A DNA stretch of 64,000 bases from Eledone cirrhosa (GCA_964016885.1 OZ024742.1:246884001-246948000), one strand, 5' to 3'; positions 31,218 to 47,073 are shown, counted from the first letter of the stretch. Made by a program: numbers and translations. The notes: a model not told the origin generated them from the letters alone.

Positions 31218-31529
31218 ACCGAACCAACATAACATAGCTTTAAATTAGGATAACTACTACCCACAGTAATATATTCATTAAGTATACTATATCCTTCACA
31301 AGTCTATACCACATAATTGTCTGTAAGTACCTCATCTACCAACAAACTTATTCCTTCTCAGCTGCTGCCATCATTTGATCCTAAATCCTAGTTTTTCTCA
31401 AATCACTACTACTTTACCTTCTTTTTGCCAGAATTACAATTAGCACGCTTATCTCTTTGCATGTATGTATATTTTTGTACGAGTGTATATTGATGTGTAT
31501 GTATGTGTCTATGTACACATGCATGTGTA

Positions 31530-31630
<101 letters not shown>

Positions 31631-32000
31631 AAATATATGCGTATATTACTTCGTTAACCTCTGTATCTATTTAGCTTTGACAATGTTGTCCCACTCATGA
31701 ATACTATTGATGATGAAGAGAAAGACTGTAAACAGTAGCTTATCTTTAAAATTTAAAATTGATATACACTTCGATACTCAATACATGCCAAACGCTTTCT
31801 TTTGCCTCATGACAGCTAGTTTTACACGCCGTAACGTTAGATACATTATATAGCCCCCACCTAAGTAATGTCAGGGTCTCCTTAAATAATTTATTGATAG
31901 CATTGTTGTAATTGTTGTTATTGTTCTAATTGAATGCCATTACTACTTCATATAGTAGCCTGTATATTCTTTTCTTGCCTGTGTATTTTCTTCATTCTCG

Positions 32001-32113
32001 CATGCTCCGAAGATCTGACTGGTTATAATTTTGTATTGGCGATCGAGTAACGCGAAAATAAGCGAATAGCGATCTCTAGACCTGCCAGCTCAGTGAAACA
32101 AATGTAAGCTATG
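32001..32113 (+). ncRNA. pLTR hammerhead ribozyme (3' copy)
   Basis: Identical motif to 28487-28599. Confidence 0.7.
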
Positions 32114-32333
32114 TGATTAAACCTTTTTTGTATAGCAAACCATGTCAACCTTCTTTCCTGATTTATTATTACTCCAAGTGTTTACAACATAGGAATTACG
32201 GCATACCCGCAGCATCACTATGAAAACGCCTTGTTGAGTCAAACCAAGCCAAGCGTTAATATCATCCACTACCTGGAATACCATAACTGGACTTTACCTT
32301 GGTGGACTGGATTTAACTATTATTTGTTACCCC

Positions 32334-32383
<50 letters not shown>

Positions 32384-32449
32384 AAAAAAGATGAAATCGA
32401 ACATGCATCTGAGGTCTTTTTTTTTAAAATATATATATTTATTTAGTTC

Positions 32450-32485
32450 CTTTACCGGTTTCGCAGTTCTTCTGCTTTTCAAAAG
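32450..32485 (-). ncRNA. Degenerate minimal HHR remnant
   Basis: CTT-TTGAAAA-GCAG/CTGC-GAAAC-CG-GTA-AAG; core has two substitutions. Confidence 0.45.
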
Positions 32486-33971
32486 TAGAGTTGAGATGGA
32501 GGGTCTGTGGTTTTTCTCACATCTGGTTGATCTTTGAATGTTACTTGTTTTATATGAACAAAAGTGGTTCGAAATGCCAGGTTTTCAGAGAAGTAATTTG
32601 ATTGGTTGGTGAATAAGTATAATAAATTTCGCGCCAGTTCGCGTTACAAATTCTTCAGTTACAGGTTGTTTTTTCATATATGAGTGAAGTTTGGTTGGTT
32701 GATGCAGTCACGTGAATAAGCACATCAGCTTTCGCACCAGTTTGTTTGAATTTCTTTTTACTTAAAAAAAGTGGCTCACGACTCCTTTTTTTTTTTTTTT
32801 TTTAAATGTAATTTGATTGGTTATAAATGAAATTATGACTGTCACGTGAACAAGTTCATTAAATTGGCGCCCGTATTTGGGAATTTATTTTGTAAACTTT
32901 TAGAGAATTTTGTGCCAAACAAAAGATAATGGTCAAGAGAAATGGGATGGGGAGAATTGTTCTGGTTCAGTGAATATGGCTGGTGCGCTGGGGTGTCAGA
33001 ATTCAGACTTTCTATTGAAATAAAGAAAGTAAAGATATGTATGTTTATTTGTGTGCTTGTGTGTGTGTAGGAAGATGATTCTATTAGTAGAAATGGGGGA
33101 GAGAGTTGTGTGTGTGTATGGGTGTTATGTGTGTGTGTGTATGTGTGTGCGCGAGTATGGTTAGCATGTTAAGATGGAGAGAGTATATATATTTTGTGTG
33201 TATGTGCTATATGTGTGTATGTGTGTGTGGGAGTATGGTTAGCATGTTAAGATGGAGAGAATATATAAATTTTGTGTGTGCGTGTGTGTGTGTGTCTGTG
33301 TGTAGGAAAGTGATTCTATTAGTAGAAATGGGGGAGGGAGTTGTGTGTGTCTGTGGGTGTTATGTGTGTGTGTATGGGTGTTATGTATGTGCGTGTATGT
33401 GTGTGTGGGAGTATGGTTAGCATGCTAAGATGGAGAGAATATATATATATTTTTTTGTGTGTGTGTGTAGGAAAATGATTCCGTGAGTAGAATATATAAG
33501 TGAATGTTCAGGTTTGTGTATATGTATATATGTGTATTTATGTATATATATATATATATATATACATATATACATGCATACAACATCCTAAAATATTTTA
33601 TGCATTTAGTATTGCAGTTGAAAATTTTATAGCCAGAAATGCTAAAAATATGACCTGCACAGAACAACAAGAATTCTTTAAAAATTATATATTTAGATTG
33701 AATCTAATGACTGCTGTTTTTCACGATATAGCTCTCTCCTTGAAATATTTGGCCATTTCAAACAGAAACATTCTTTAACAATTTCTTGTATTTCTAAGAA
33801 CAATCTCATTCATCTTATCTTCATGTATGTATACACATATATATGTGTACACATATGTATGTACATTCATACACGCACCCCCGCACCAGTACCACCTCTA
33901 AACATATACATGTATTTAAATATAATTATATACATATATATATATATGTGTGTGTGCATATATATATATAC

Positions 33972-34049
<78 letters not shown>

Positions 34050-34192
34050 GAGAGTGTATGTGTGTATTTGAACATATTTTTAGTAGAAATATTAATAATT
34101 CATGAGCACATTAAATATACACATATCAAATTTAAATACATACATACTATAATGGTTTATGTATAGGTATATATGCATAATATAATTGAACT

Positions 34193-34280
<88 letters not shown>

Positions 34281-34423
34281 TTGTTATTCTTTGGGAGGGT
34301 CATATTGTTGTAATAATATTGCCAGAAATAATAACAGAACACACTCACTGTTTGGTTGGTTTTCGCTTCTGTATCTTTTATATCTCCATAGTTAAGTTAT
34401 TTGGTAATCAATGTTTAAAATAC

Positions 34424-35824
<1,401 letters not shown>

Positions 35825-35932
35825 ATAGTCTATCAAAGTTCTTTCGTTGCACATCTGTAACATCATCAGTTGTACTATTATGTTCCCTCTTATTGTACTG
35901 TATTGTATTGTAATATCTACGACATTTTTATT

Positions 35933-35963
<31 letters not shown>

Positions 35964-36646
35964 TTCTTGTCTTTGTCCCCCCGCATCCGTTTGCGTTTGT
36001 GTATAAAGTTTGGTGTGTGTGTGTGTTCGCGTTTGAGTGTATGTATTTTTATTTTTGTACTCTATCTTTGTTTACTAGTGTGTGCTTATATGGTTTTGTT
36101 GTTATTGTACTTGTGTATATATATTGTTTGTTTGGGTATGGTTGTTGTTGTTATTCCATTCATCTTTTCTGTTTAACTTTGGTCTTCTTAGCTCTATCCC
36201 AGCTGCTTCTCTGTTTTGCCTACCTGTTGAGTGACTTCTATGTTTAGATATTATTTTAATTTCTATGTTGTCTATATTACCGTCATGTCTTTGTCTGGCG
36301 TGTTCGTATAGTACTGAACCGTGTTTTTTTTGTCCTTTTAGTTCCCCCCAGTGTTGGATGTGTCTTTCCATTTCAGTTGGGTCGCACATGCGGGACACAT
36401 TCTGTATTTTTAACCGGTGGTCAATCAATGATAAACATTGATTGCCAAATAACTTAACTATGGAGATATAAAAGATACAGAAGCGAAAACCAACCAAACA
36501 GTGAGTGTGTTCTGTTATTATTTCTAGCAATATTATTACAAGAATATGACCCTCCCCAAGTATAACAATATTTGTTCCGACACACGATTTCATATAAAAA
36601 ACCTTGCAAAACAAATATATATGTGCATCACTGATTTTTCGGTTTC

Positions 36647-36759
<113 letters not shown>

Positions 36760-36791
36760 AAGAAAGATGCTGATGTTACATAAATCGTTTA

Positions 36792-36882
36792 TTCATAATA
36801 CTTATTTCAACGGTTCTTCTATGCAGTTCAAGATGTAATTCATGTATTTGTTGTTGTTATGTGAACAGTATCTTCAGATGAA
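36792..36882 (-). ncRNA. Type I hammerhead ribozyme in another TA-flanked element
   Basis: TTCAT-CTGAAGA-TACTGTTC...GAACCGTT-GAAA-TAAGTA-TT-ATGAA. Confidence 0.65.
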
Positions 36883-37300
36883 ATTCGATATGATGATATG
36901 CCGCAGGCAAAAAAAAACCACGTCCTTGTGAAAGGGTCTTTCCCAGCAATTTGATTTTCTGGAGTGAAGTTCTATCTATGTGTCAATTAGCGAACCTGGA
37001 TTCATGTGCACCCCACGGAATTAGGGTCGTAAATTACCAAAGGATAACTCTTCAAGTTTGTTGTGTTGATCTACACCAAACAATAGTCTATGCGTAGCTA
37101 GATTTCAACAGTGTTGATTTTGGGGATGGGTGGAAAAACGACCACACATTTCCAGGTTCATATATTCTAAGTACTCTAAAGGGTTATATGAGGGACTGAT
37201 AATTGTCAGGCTCTGGCGAAAGATTTTTTGTTATCAATGGGTTATTGACAGCTTTTAAATCAATTAGTTGTGAGGGTGGTGTAATTTGCATCAATAGCCA

Positions 37301-37380
<80 letters not shown>

Positions 37381-37644
37381 GTATATGGCACTACGTCATC
37401 AGTTTCTAAATTTATAGCTGAAAGCTTTCAAAGTGTTTATTTATAAACATACCTTATAACGCTAGATATACAAGATACTCATACTTATATCTATACAGTT
37501 ATGTTAAAGCGAACACCTTAATTCTATTTTCTGGGCGATCCAGTCGATAGCTCTATATGCAAATAAGGTGAGCCAAATATATATACGCACACTATCCATT
37601 TTTTTAAAATTATATTTAGAAGTTATCAGGATACTAATAATTCT

Positions 37645-37726
37645 TCACCCGCTGACGAGCTAGAATTTTGGTATTCCTCTTCACAATTAATATTGCGAAA
37701 CAGTATTATCAAAACTGTCCGGGTGA
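37645..37726 (+). ncRNA. Canonical type I hammerhead ribozyme
   Basis: TCACCCG-CTGACGA-GC...GC-GAAA; stem III ACAGT/ACTGT; GTC 37717-37719; CGGGTGA. Confidence 0.85.
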
Positions 37727-37986
37727 CCGGTAGTTACCACAATTCTGGTTTGTATTTATTTTCCTTGATTTATTCTTAAATTGAGTCTAGCAAACCCTAT
37801 TGTCTGGAGTTAGTATTCTTTTCACCTTACCGAATCTGGTCCATTATGATTTGAACACATATATGTATATGTCTGTGTTCGGTTTTCTTTTTTGTTCATA
37901 TATATATATATATATATGAACTATATATATATATAGAGAGAGAGAGACAGAGAGAGAGAAAGAGGGAGAGAGAGAGATAGATAAAT

Positions 37987-38486
<500 letters not shown>

Positions 38487-39157
38487 ACTCATACATACCG
38501 CTATAGACATGTTCTAACGCTCCCTAACACACAGATGGGAACGCAGGTAACATGTTAATGAATAGCATAAGATCAAGACAACGGCTCCGTTATAAGAAGC
38601 CTGAAAGTTAATTAATATATTTAAACAGCCAATTAATCTAAATTACCATACTCTGTATAAGTCACATTATAGATGGATATTTTAAATCATTCCCTAACAA
38701 TAAAGTAAGTGGAACTTATTGAAAATAATTTGATTCCAGTCTTGGTAAAGACAATCCCACCACTTCTCAAACGCTGATTAGTCAATTTACACTAAAACCT
38801 CCTAGCGTTATATAAGTCCATTAACTCAACCGAACATGACCTCTCTCTGAAGAACTGCAATAATTTCTAATTTTTGGAGTATATATATAATCACCAACTT
38901 AGACCGTTACAGTCTATCAAAACACGTGGCAAAATTATTAATGAACAAGATATTGAATATAAAATTGAAATCTCAGATTCTGAAATGACTACACAATATA
39001 TATATTGCCTTCATTGAGGTGGGTTTATTTTGCGTTGGCCACCATGCCATGGTATTTCGAAACCCCACAGCATGCAAACTAAAAAAAAAAAAAATAATAA
39101 TAATAAACCCTGGGTAAATGTTGAGAGCCTAAGGCAAGTCTCTACACTTTAGTAATT

Positions 39158-39722
39158 GGCAGCATCGATAGAGCTCAGACACCATGCTTTACAATATAGA
39201 GTTATGGCCCTATACGTTCTGAGTTCAAATCCGGCCGAGGTTAACTTTACCTTTCATCCTTACATGGTCGATAAAATAAAGTACCAGTAATGCACTGAGG
39301 TAATTGCTGGCCTTGTGTCAAAAGTAGAAACAATTATAATTATCAATAAATAAAGAAGGGCGGTGGATTGGCAGTATCGGTAGAGGGTCGGACGCCATGC
39401 TTAGCAGCATAGAGTTACGGCTCTTTATGATCTGAGCTCAAAATCCCGCCGAGGTTAACTTCGCCTTTCATCCTTACGGGGTCGCTAAAATAAAGTACCA
39501 GTCACGCACTGAAGTCGATTTAATCAATTTGCTGGACTTGTGCCTATATAAGAAACCATTATCAATAAATAAGGAAATAACTATCATTATCGCCCTTGCC
39601 ATTCTGAGTTCAAATCCCGCCGAGGTTAACTTTGCCTTTCATCCTTACGGGGTCGAAAAAATAAAGTACCAGTAATACACTGAGTAATTGCTGGCCTTGT
39701 GCCTAACGTAGAAACAATTATC
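39158..39722 (+). mobile_element. Cluster of three family-1 SINE copies
   Basis: Repeated GAGTTCAAATCC..CCGAGGTTAAC..CCTTTCATCCTTAC; homologous to 1961-2152. Confidence 0.8.
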
Positions 39723-40399
39723 GCCATTACAGGAATTACCATTTACATGTTCTCCTCTATGTGTTAATGTTTGCTTTCGTGTAGTGATGATGGTGGTTGT
39801 TGAGTTGTTGTAGTTAGTTGTAATTGTTGCTCGGTTAATTATTTCTTCTCCCACGGTACTGGTAGATGTATATTTTGACATGGATCTGTAATAGTAGTGA
39901 TGGCCTAGTGACAACGATGGTGGCGATGAAGTAGTGGTGGTGGTGGTGGTGGTGATGGAGTGATGATGGTGGCGGTGTCGATGGTAGTGGTGGACGTGGG
40001 TTGGTGGCAGTCGTGATTGAGTAGTAATGGAGTTGTTGTTGGTGTTGATGCTGTTTATGTATACGTGTTTGTCTCGGCTAAATTTTGTAGCCATTACAGC
40101 GGTATGTTCTTGTTGTATTTGATTTTGTCTGTAGCGTGTTGTATTTGTTTTTGTCTGTGTTATGTTCTGTAGTTATACGGCTTTCTACCATTATCACGAA
40201 GGATCACACCACACTTTTTTCGTTGCTGGTGAATTAGAAAAAAATGTTGCTCTAATTTTCTCGACAATTGCCACACAATTTTGACACAATCGATTACATG
40301 TGCTTTCTATCCTCTGGAGAAATATCTTTCCAGTAAACATCGTTCCAAAGTGGGATTTTGTTACCCTTAAAATTCAAAAATGGTCAGCTCTTTGATTCA

Positions 40400-40560
40400 C
40401 CGTAGAAATCTCAGACGTCCTCGGACCCCGCAGTGCCGAGCTCTTTTGCAAAATCGGAACGTCAACAGCTCGTTTGAGGAAGGAGCCTTGCGAGATAGGG
40501 TCGCTGCTGCAGCGGGCGTCACTGGCCATTGCCTGGGGAAATTTTTTTTGCAGTTTTGTC
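40400..40560 (+). pseudogene. CRE-like retrotransposon extreme 3' fragment
   Basis: VEISDVLGP.SA....KIG..TARL.KEPCE...LLQRASLAIAWGN; same domain class as 22250-22420. Confidence 0.6.
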
Positions 40561-41084
40561 CGCGGAGCGATCTAGCTTCGATCTAGACCCAGAGCCCATC
40601 ACCCTCTCTCATTCACTCTCCTTTTCTTCTGCGGCCCAAGTGTTCTTGCTTTTCCCCTCCCTTTCCGCTCATTTATGGCATTTATATTCCTTTCCTCTAT
40701 TTTTCCCATACAGCCAGATCTGTCCTTATTTACCCCTTCTCCCTTTCTTTCATTACTTAATCTTGTTTTTATCCTTTTTGTTCATATTTATGTAATTATC
40801 AATGATTTTAAAGCAACTGTGTGAGTGAAATATATGTATTGAGAATAAACATTTATTGTATACTTATCTGCATTAATCGAAATAATATTTGAACAAAACA
40901 TTTTGGGAGAAATTGTGAGAAAAACTTATTATCATTATCATGGGATTTGTGGTGCTGGTCGTGCTGCCGTTATGTTGGTGGGCGTGGGGTAGGGTGGGGG
41001 TTGTTTGCTTCCATTTGTAAACATTTTCTTTTTTAAATATAAAATTAAATATATGAGCCATGGGACCAGATATTATGGAGTCTC

Positions 41085-41115
<31 letters not shown>

Positions 41116-41183
41116 CTTCTTCTTCTTCTTCTTCTTCTTCTTCTTCTTCTTCTTCTTCTTCTTCTTCTTCTTCTTCTTCTTCT

Positions 41184-43099
41184 TTATTCATCCAGTTGTG
41201 ATGTGACAGTGTCTCGAAAGTTGAGATGAATAACGCCCACCCCCCCACACCAATGTTAACACCAACAGTACATTAGGCTGTATCGCCAACAGCAGCAGCA
41301 GCACCGACAAGAAGTGAAAACCCAAATGGGAACACAAATAACAACAATACCAGCAAGAGTAGCAACAACATCACCAACAACAACATGAATAATGAAAACA
41401 CTATCATTAACAATGAAAAGCAGCAACACAGCAGCACCAAACAGAACGACAACAACAACAGTAGCAACAACAGGAGTACTTTCACAGCCACAGCGGCAAA
41501 GCGTCAAACGCTTTACAATTTCGACTTAACAAAAAAAATGAACGTTTAGCCCAGGCGAAAAGAAATATAACGGGAGAAAAGACCTGGCTCAACTTAAACG
41601 TCTTGGCAGAGGTAATGGCAGCAAACGAGAGGAGAATATTGAAATATCGATGCCTTTCAATGAAATCTCTAAAAGCAGAAACAGCCTCCGAAGCACAGGT
41701 TGAAGCGGCACCGAAATACCTCACCAATAATGACATAGAGTATATAGCAAGGGTCAAACAATTTAGGAACATCTTGGTGCTCTTCAGAATTGAGACCCTT
41801 GCTATCAAGCATTCTGTGGTCCCTTGAAAAACGGATCGAATAGTCATATACCCGTCATACATGACGAGGAGGTCAATAAGGGTCCGTGTTCTCAGGATTC
41901 TGCCAAGATTGGACTTATGGTGGCTCCTGGGATGCATGGCGTCAGAGAGCCCTAACACCCTCTTCTACGTCAAGTTTCCAAATAGGTAGGGGCGGTCCGG
42001 GACTGGTTTGAAGATTAATCTCCAAATTAGACCCGTAGACAAAACAAAATATTCCGAACCTCATCAAACTATCAGACGGATACGAAATCCAGGTAGTCAC
42101 GAAGGGCAAACGGCCGCACTGTTTTGTTTGTGGTGAAGCCACAAGCTGAAAACTGCAGGGGCCACAAACCTCCGTTGCTGCCAACACCGCTGCTGGAACA
42201 AAAAACACCACCACCACCTGCAGCAGCCATAAAGGAAACGGCAATAAAGGAAACGGCACCGATAGCAACAACCCCAAGGAACATTAAAGCCACCCAAGGA
42301 GTCACCCAAACAATCTCTCTCTTTCAAACACATACACAGAACAACACTCACACCCATAAACACACTCTCACACCACCATGACACAGTGTCGTCAGACACT
42401 AGTTCCTCCACACCTCCAAATGAAGATGAAGGGGAACCACAAAAACCAAAATTGCAAAAAATAAAAATTCGTCTCTACACCCATCAACAGGCACACAAAA
42501 CAGACCCACAGCAAACACAGACACACCCACAACTGTCAACGAAAAAAAAACAAAAAAAAAACAAAAAAAAAACAAATAAACATACCTTATAACGCTAGAT
42601 ATACAAGATACTCATACTTATATCTATACAGTTATGTTAAAGCGAACACCTTAATTCTATTTTCTGGGCGATCCAGTCGATAGCTCTATATGCAAATAAG
42701 GTGAGCCAAATATATATACGCACACTATCCATTTTTTTAAAATTATATTTAGAAGTTATCAGGATACTAATAATTCTTCACCCGCTGACGAGCTAGAATT
42801 TTGGTATTCCTCTTCACAATTAATATTGCGAAACAGTATTATCAAAACTGTCCGGGTGACCGGTAGTTACCACAATTCTGGTTTGTATTTATTTTTCTTG
42901 ATTTATTCTTAAATTGAGTCTAGCAAACCCTATTGTCTGGAGTTAGTATTCTTTTCACCTTACCGAATCTGGTCCATTATGATTTGAACACATATATGTA
43001 TATGTCTGTGTTCGGTTTTCTTTTTTGTTCATATATATATATATGAACTATATATATATATAGAGAGAGAGAGAAAGAGAGAGAGAGAGATAGAGAGAG

Positions 43100-43143
<44 letters not shown>

Positions 43144-43455
43144 AATTAGAATTTACCTCCGGACATGGCTGTATACAGATATGTGTTGGAATTTCGTATT
43201 TCTAAAGAAATACGGTATGTTTATAACGAGAAAAGTATATATTCTCGCCTGTTTTCAAAGTCCATCAGCGGCAGGGATCTAGCTGATGAGGACCTGTTCA
43301 GTTCGAAATGCATCGACGATTGTCTCCCTTGCTTTTACTGGGCACCACAAGGTGACGGTAGCCACTAGTGTTTTTGCATAGCTACGGCTTTCTAAATGCT
43401 TATTTATAAACATACCGTATTTCTTTAGAAATACGAAATTCCAAGACAGCGGATA

Positions 43456-43542
<87 letters not shown>

Positions 43543-45075
43543 TACTCATACATACCGCTATAGACATGTTCTAACGCTCCCTAACACACAGATGGGAACG
43601 CAGGTAACATGTTAATGAATAGCATAAGAAGCCTGAAAGTTAATTAATATATTTAAACAGCCAATTAATCTAAATTACCATACTCTGTATAAGTCACATT
43701 ATAGATGGATATTTTAAATCATTCCCTAACAATAAAGTAAGTGGAACTTATTGAAAATAATTTGATTCCAGTCTTGGTAAAGACAATCCCACCAATTCTC
43801 AAACGCTGATTAGTCAATTTACACTAAAACCTCCTAGCGTTATATAAATCCATTAACTCAACCGAACATGACCTCTCTCTGAAGAACTACAATAATTACC
43901 AACAACACCGACACAACCGCAAATCATGCCACACAAAAGAAAACACACAGGTGGTTAGTAAACTTTTCCTCTCTCTTTTAGCCTGGCAACATGGCCACCC
44001 TAAGAGTAGGATGTTTAAATATCTGTGGCCTGGGGTCTTCCTGGAAGGTGGGTCACCTCCTGAACGACCTCAGGTCACTAGAAATGGATGCTATTTCCCT
44101 CTGTGAGTACAGGATTTCCTCGACGAAGCCGCAGTCCGACAGGAAGTTCTTGGAGAATGGAATGTCTTCAAGTGCTCACTGCCTTCAGCAAATCGGGTAC
44201 TACGATCGGTGGAAATTCCACCTTAGCGTTCTATAGAGGCAGAGGGTAACTGGAGGGTAAAAGCGCCGAAGTCCCTACGGAGACCCTGGGCGTCGATGAA
44301 AATCAAGTAGCCAAACTTTTCCGAAGAACTTTCGGACCAGGGACCATGGATAACTTCCAGGAAACCCTGGCATAGCCCTGCTACCAGCAAGCATCGCCAG
44401 TTCAAGATAAACTCTACAGGTATGGAAGTTCCGTAAACCGGCCCTGTCCGAGATGAGTGCAGGGCGAAGAAACCGTCCGAGAAGGACACGTCAATTGTCC
44501 GCTGCTGTCACGTGTAGGACGGATCCGGCTATCAGTTAAGTCCTTCGTGAGGATTGCACGGCCATCTTTCTTTAGCCAAGAAGAATAGGCAGTTTTTATC
44601 TGCCATGGCGAAAGCGGTCGTGTGGTGAACACGTTTAAAAAGTCTGATGACAAGCACTTTCTTCTTTGGCGAAGCTCTGATTAACTATTTTAGGTATCAT
44701 TTAAAGGGGAAAATGAGGGTGGCGAGGGATCTGCTACCTTCCAAGCAGTTAGTTGAAAGATAGGTGAGAGAGGTGAGCATGGTCTGAGTGAATGGGCCTG
44801 CTCTGAGTATGCGCCTATAGATAAGAGGTGTAGAACTGGTAGAGCGCTCTTGCCCTGATAGTCACGATGACCGTGGCTTTTTGTAGGCTTTCGCCATGTG
44901 TGACCTACGGAAGACGCTGCCCCACCAATTCGGGAATTTACTTTGTTTGAATCTGTTTTCTATATCTCGTTATATGAAATTTTTGCACACTAAAACTCAC
45001 ACTTCTCCCATCCTCTTCTGTCTGTATCGGCCTTAATGCTTTTCTTCATGTAAGCCTTGCGTGGCTAATAGAAAA
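41184..45075 (+). mobile_element. Decayed Tx1/L1-clade LINE: ORF1 remnants 41250-42575, ORF2 start 43991, large internal deletion, 3' end 44250-45075
   Basis: GKRPHCFVCG knuckle; MATLRVGCLNICGLGS; 3' part homologous to 59750-60390; GTGGCTAATA end motif; follows (TTC)n 41087-41183. Confidence 0.8.
42576..43897 (+). repeat. Duplicated copy of 37443-38865 inserted into the LINE; includes HHR 42778-42859
   Basis: Direct sequence identity; LINE-like sequence resumes at 43898. Confidence 0.88.
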
Positions 45076-45114
45076 AACAAAAAAAAACGAAAAAGAAATT
45101 ATTATTATTGTCAA

Positions 45115-45560
45115 GGGCAATGGATTGAAAGTATCGGTAGAGCGTCGAACAATATGCTTTGCAGCATAGAGTTACCGCTCTTTACGATCTGAGTTCAAAT
45201 CCCTCCGAGGCTAGCTTTGCCTTTCATCCTTACGAGGTCGATAAAAATAAAGTGCCAGTAATGCAGGATTTGAACTAAGAAGGTAGAGGGCCGTAACTCT
45301 ATGCTGCAAAGGATGGTGTCCGACGCTTTACCGATACTGTCAATAAATAATGATTTCTAATATAGGCACAAGGCCAGTAATTTGGGTGAGGGGGAAGTCG
45401 AGTAAATCCACCCCAGTTCGTTAGTGGCGCTTTATTTTATCGACCCCGTAGGGATGAAAGACAAAGTTAACCTCAGCGGGATTTGAACTCAGACCTAAAA
45501 GGGCCGTAACTCTATGCTGCAAAGCATGGCTTCCGACCCTCTACCGATACCATCACCCTT
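45115..45560. mobile_element. Family-1 SINE cluster (one plus copy, two minus copies)
   Basis: Same A/B boxes and body in both orientations. Confidence 0.8.
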
Positions 45561-45611
45561 GATAATGATAATAAATAATAATAAGATTAAGAATAAATAA
45601 ATACACACACA

Positions 45612-45656
45612 AATATTGCTGATGAGTTGTAACAACAACGAAACTAGTTCAATATT
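45612..45656 (+). ncRNA. Minimal type I hammerhead ribozyme, copy 1
   Basis: AATATTG-CTGATGA-GTTG/CAAC-GAAAC-TA-GTT-CAATATT. Confidence 0.85.
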
Positions 45657-46078
45657 CCTTGTCTGGCCTTCTGGAGAATAGAGGGAAGGTGTTCCCCCGA
45701 AAACCAGTATGACTCTAAAAACCGGTTTGTCTGTGTGTTTACATACAGAATAGCTGGGCTGCTCACAGTAAAGCAACCAGTGAAAGACTTGTTACACCTA
45801 CATATGTATACGTGTGTGTATTCATATACACACTAGTATTTCAGTATGCATATGTAGATGTACATTTTTAACTTAATTGTTTAAGCGTCAGTCATACAAA
45901 AGTGAGTTACAAACGAAACGAAATTTAATTTCGTTTCGTTATTTGTTTTTATCGTCTCCGCTGAACCGGTGCGTACTCACACTCTATGCAAATTAGTCTG
46001 CCCACTACTAATTTTCATAGAAAAAGCATATAACCATATGTGCTTTTACAATTCTCCAGAAGGGCCGGTAGATTAGTA

Positions 46079-46123
46079 AATATTGCTGATGAGTTGTAAA
46101 AACAACGAAACTAGTTCAATATT
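46079..46123 (+). ncRNA. Minimal type I hammerhead ribozyme, copy 2
   Basis: As copy 1, one change in loop II. Confidence 0.85.
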
Positions 46124-46545
46124 CCTTGTCTGGCTTTCTGGAGAATAGAGGGAAGGTGTTCCCCCGAAAACCAGTATGACTCTAAAAACCGGTTTGTCTG
46201 TGTGTTTACATACAGAATAGCTGGGCTGCTCACAGTAAAGCAACCAGTGAAAGACTTGTTACACCTACATATGTATACGTGTGTGTATTCATATACACAC
46301 TAGTATTTCAGTATGCATATGTAGATATACATTTTTAACTTAATTGTTTAAGCGTCAGTCATACAAAAGTGAGTTACAAACGAAACGAAATTTAATTTCG
46401 TTTCGTTATTTGTTTTTATCGTCTCCGCTGAACCGGTGCGTACACACACTCTATGCAAATTAGTCTGCCCACTACTAATTTTCATAGAAAAAGCATATAA
46501 CGATATGTGCTTTTACAATTCTCCAGAAGGGCCGGTAGATAGGTA

Positions 46546-46590
46546 AATATTGCTGATGAGTTGTAACAAGAACGAAACTAGTTTAATATT
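46546..46590 (+). ncRNA. Minimal type I hammerhead ribozyme, copy 3
   Basis: As copy 1; G-U in stem I, stem II GTT/AAC. Confidence 0.8.
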
Positions 46591-46809
46591 CCTTGTCTGG
46601 CCTTCTGGAGAATAGAGGGAAGGTGTTCCCCCGAAAACCAGTATGACTCTAAAAACCGGTTTGTCTGTGTGTTTACATACAGAATAGCTGGGCTGCTCAC
46701 AGTAAAGCAACCAGTGAAAGACTTGTTACACCTACATATGTATACGTGTGTGTATTCATATACACACTAGTATTTCAGTATGCATATGTAGATGTACATT
46801 TTTAACTTA

Positions 46810-46894
<85 letters not shown>

Positions 46895-46913
46895 ATATAT
46901 ATATATGTATATA

Positions 46914-46993
<80 letters not shown>

Positions 46994-47073
46994 TACATAT
47001 ATATATACATATATATTCATATATATATATATATATATATACATATATACGTATATATATATATATATATTCA

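Larger units (their letters stand above)
45611..46814 (+). mobile_element. 467-bp tandem repeat (~2.6 units), each starting with a minimal HHR: non-LTR retrozyme-like (family M)
   Basis: HHRs at 45612, 46079 and 46546; near-identical units; ends in (TA)n; no credible ORF. Confidence 0.88.

Noticed and set aside
31215-31232. Selenocysteine readthrough of the PLE TGA (known in some Naiad PLEs)
   Set aside because: No internal TGA in the 667-aa frame; the terminal TGA follows a complete domain and TAA comes five codons later.
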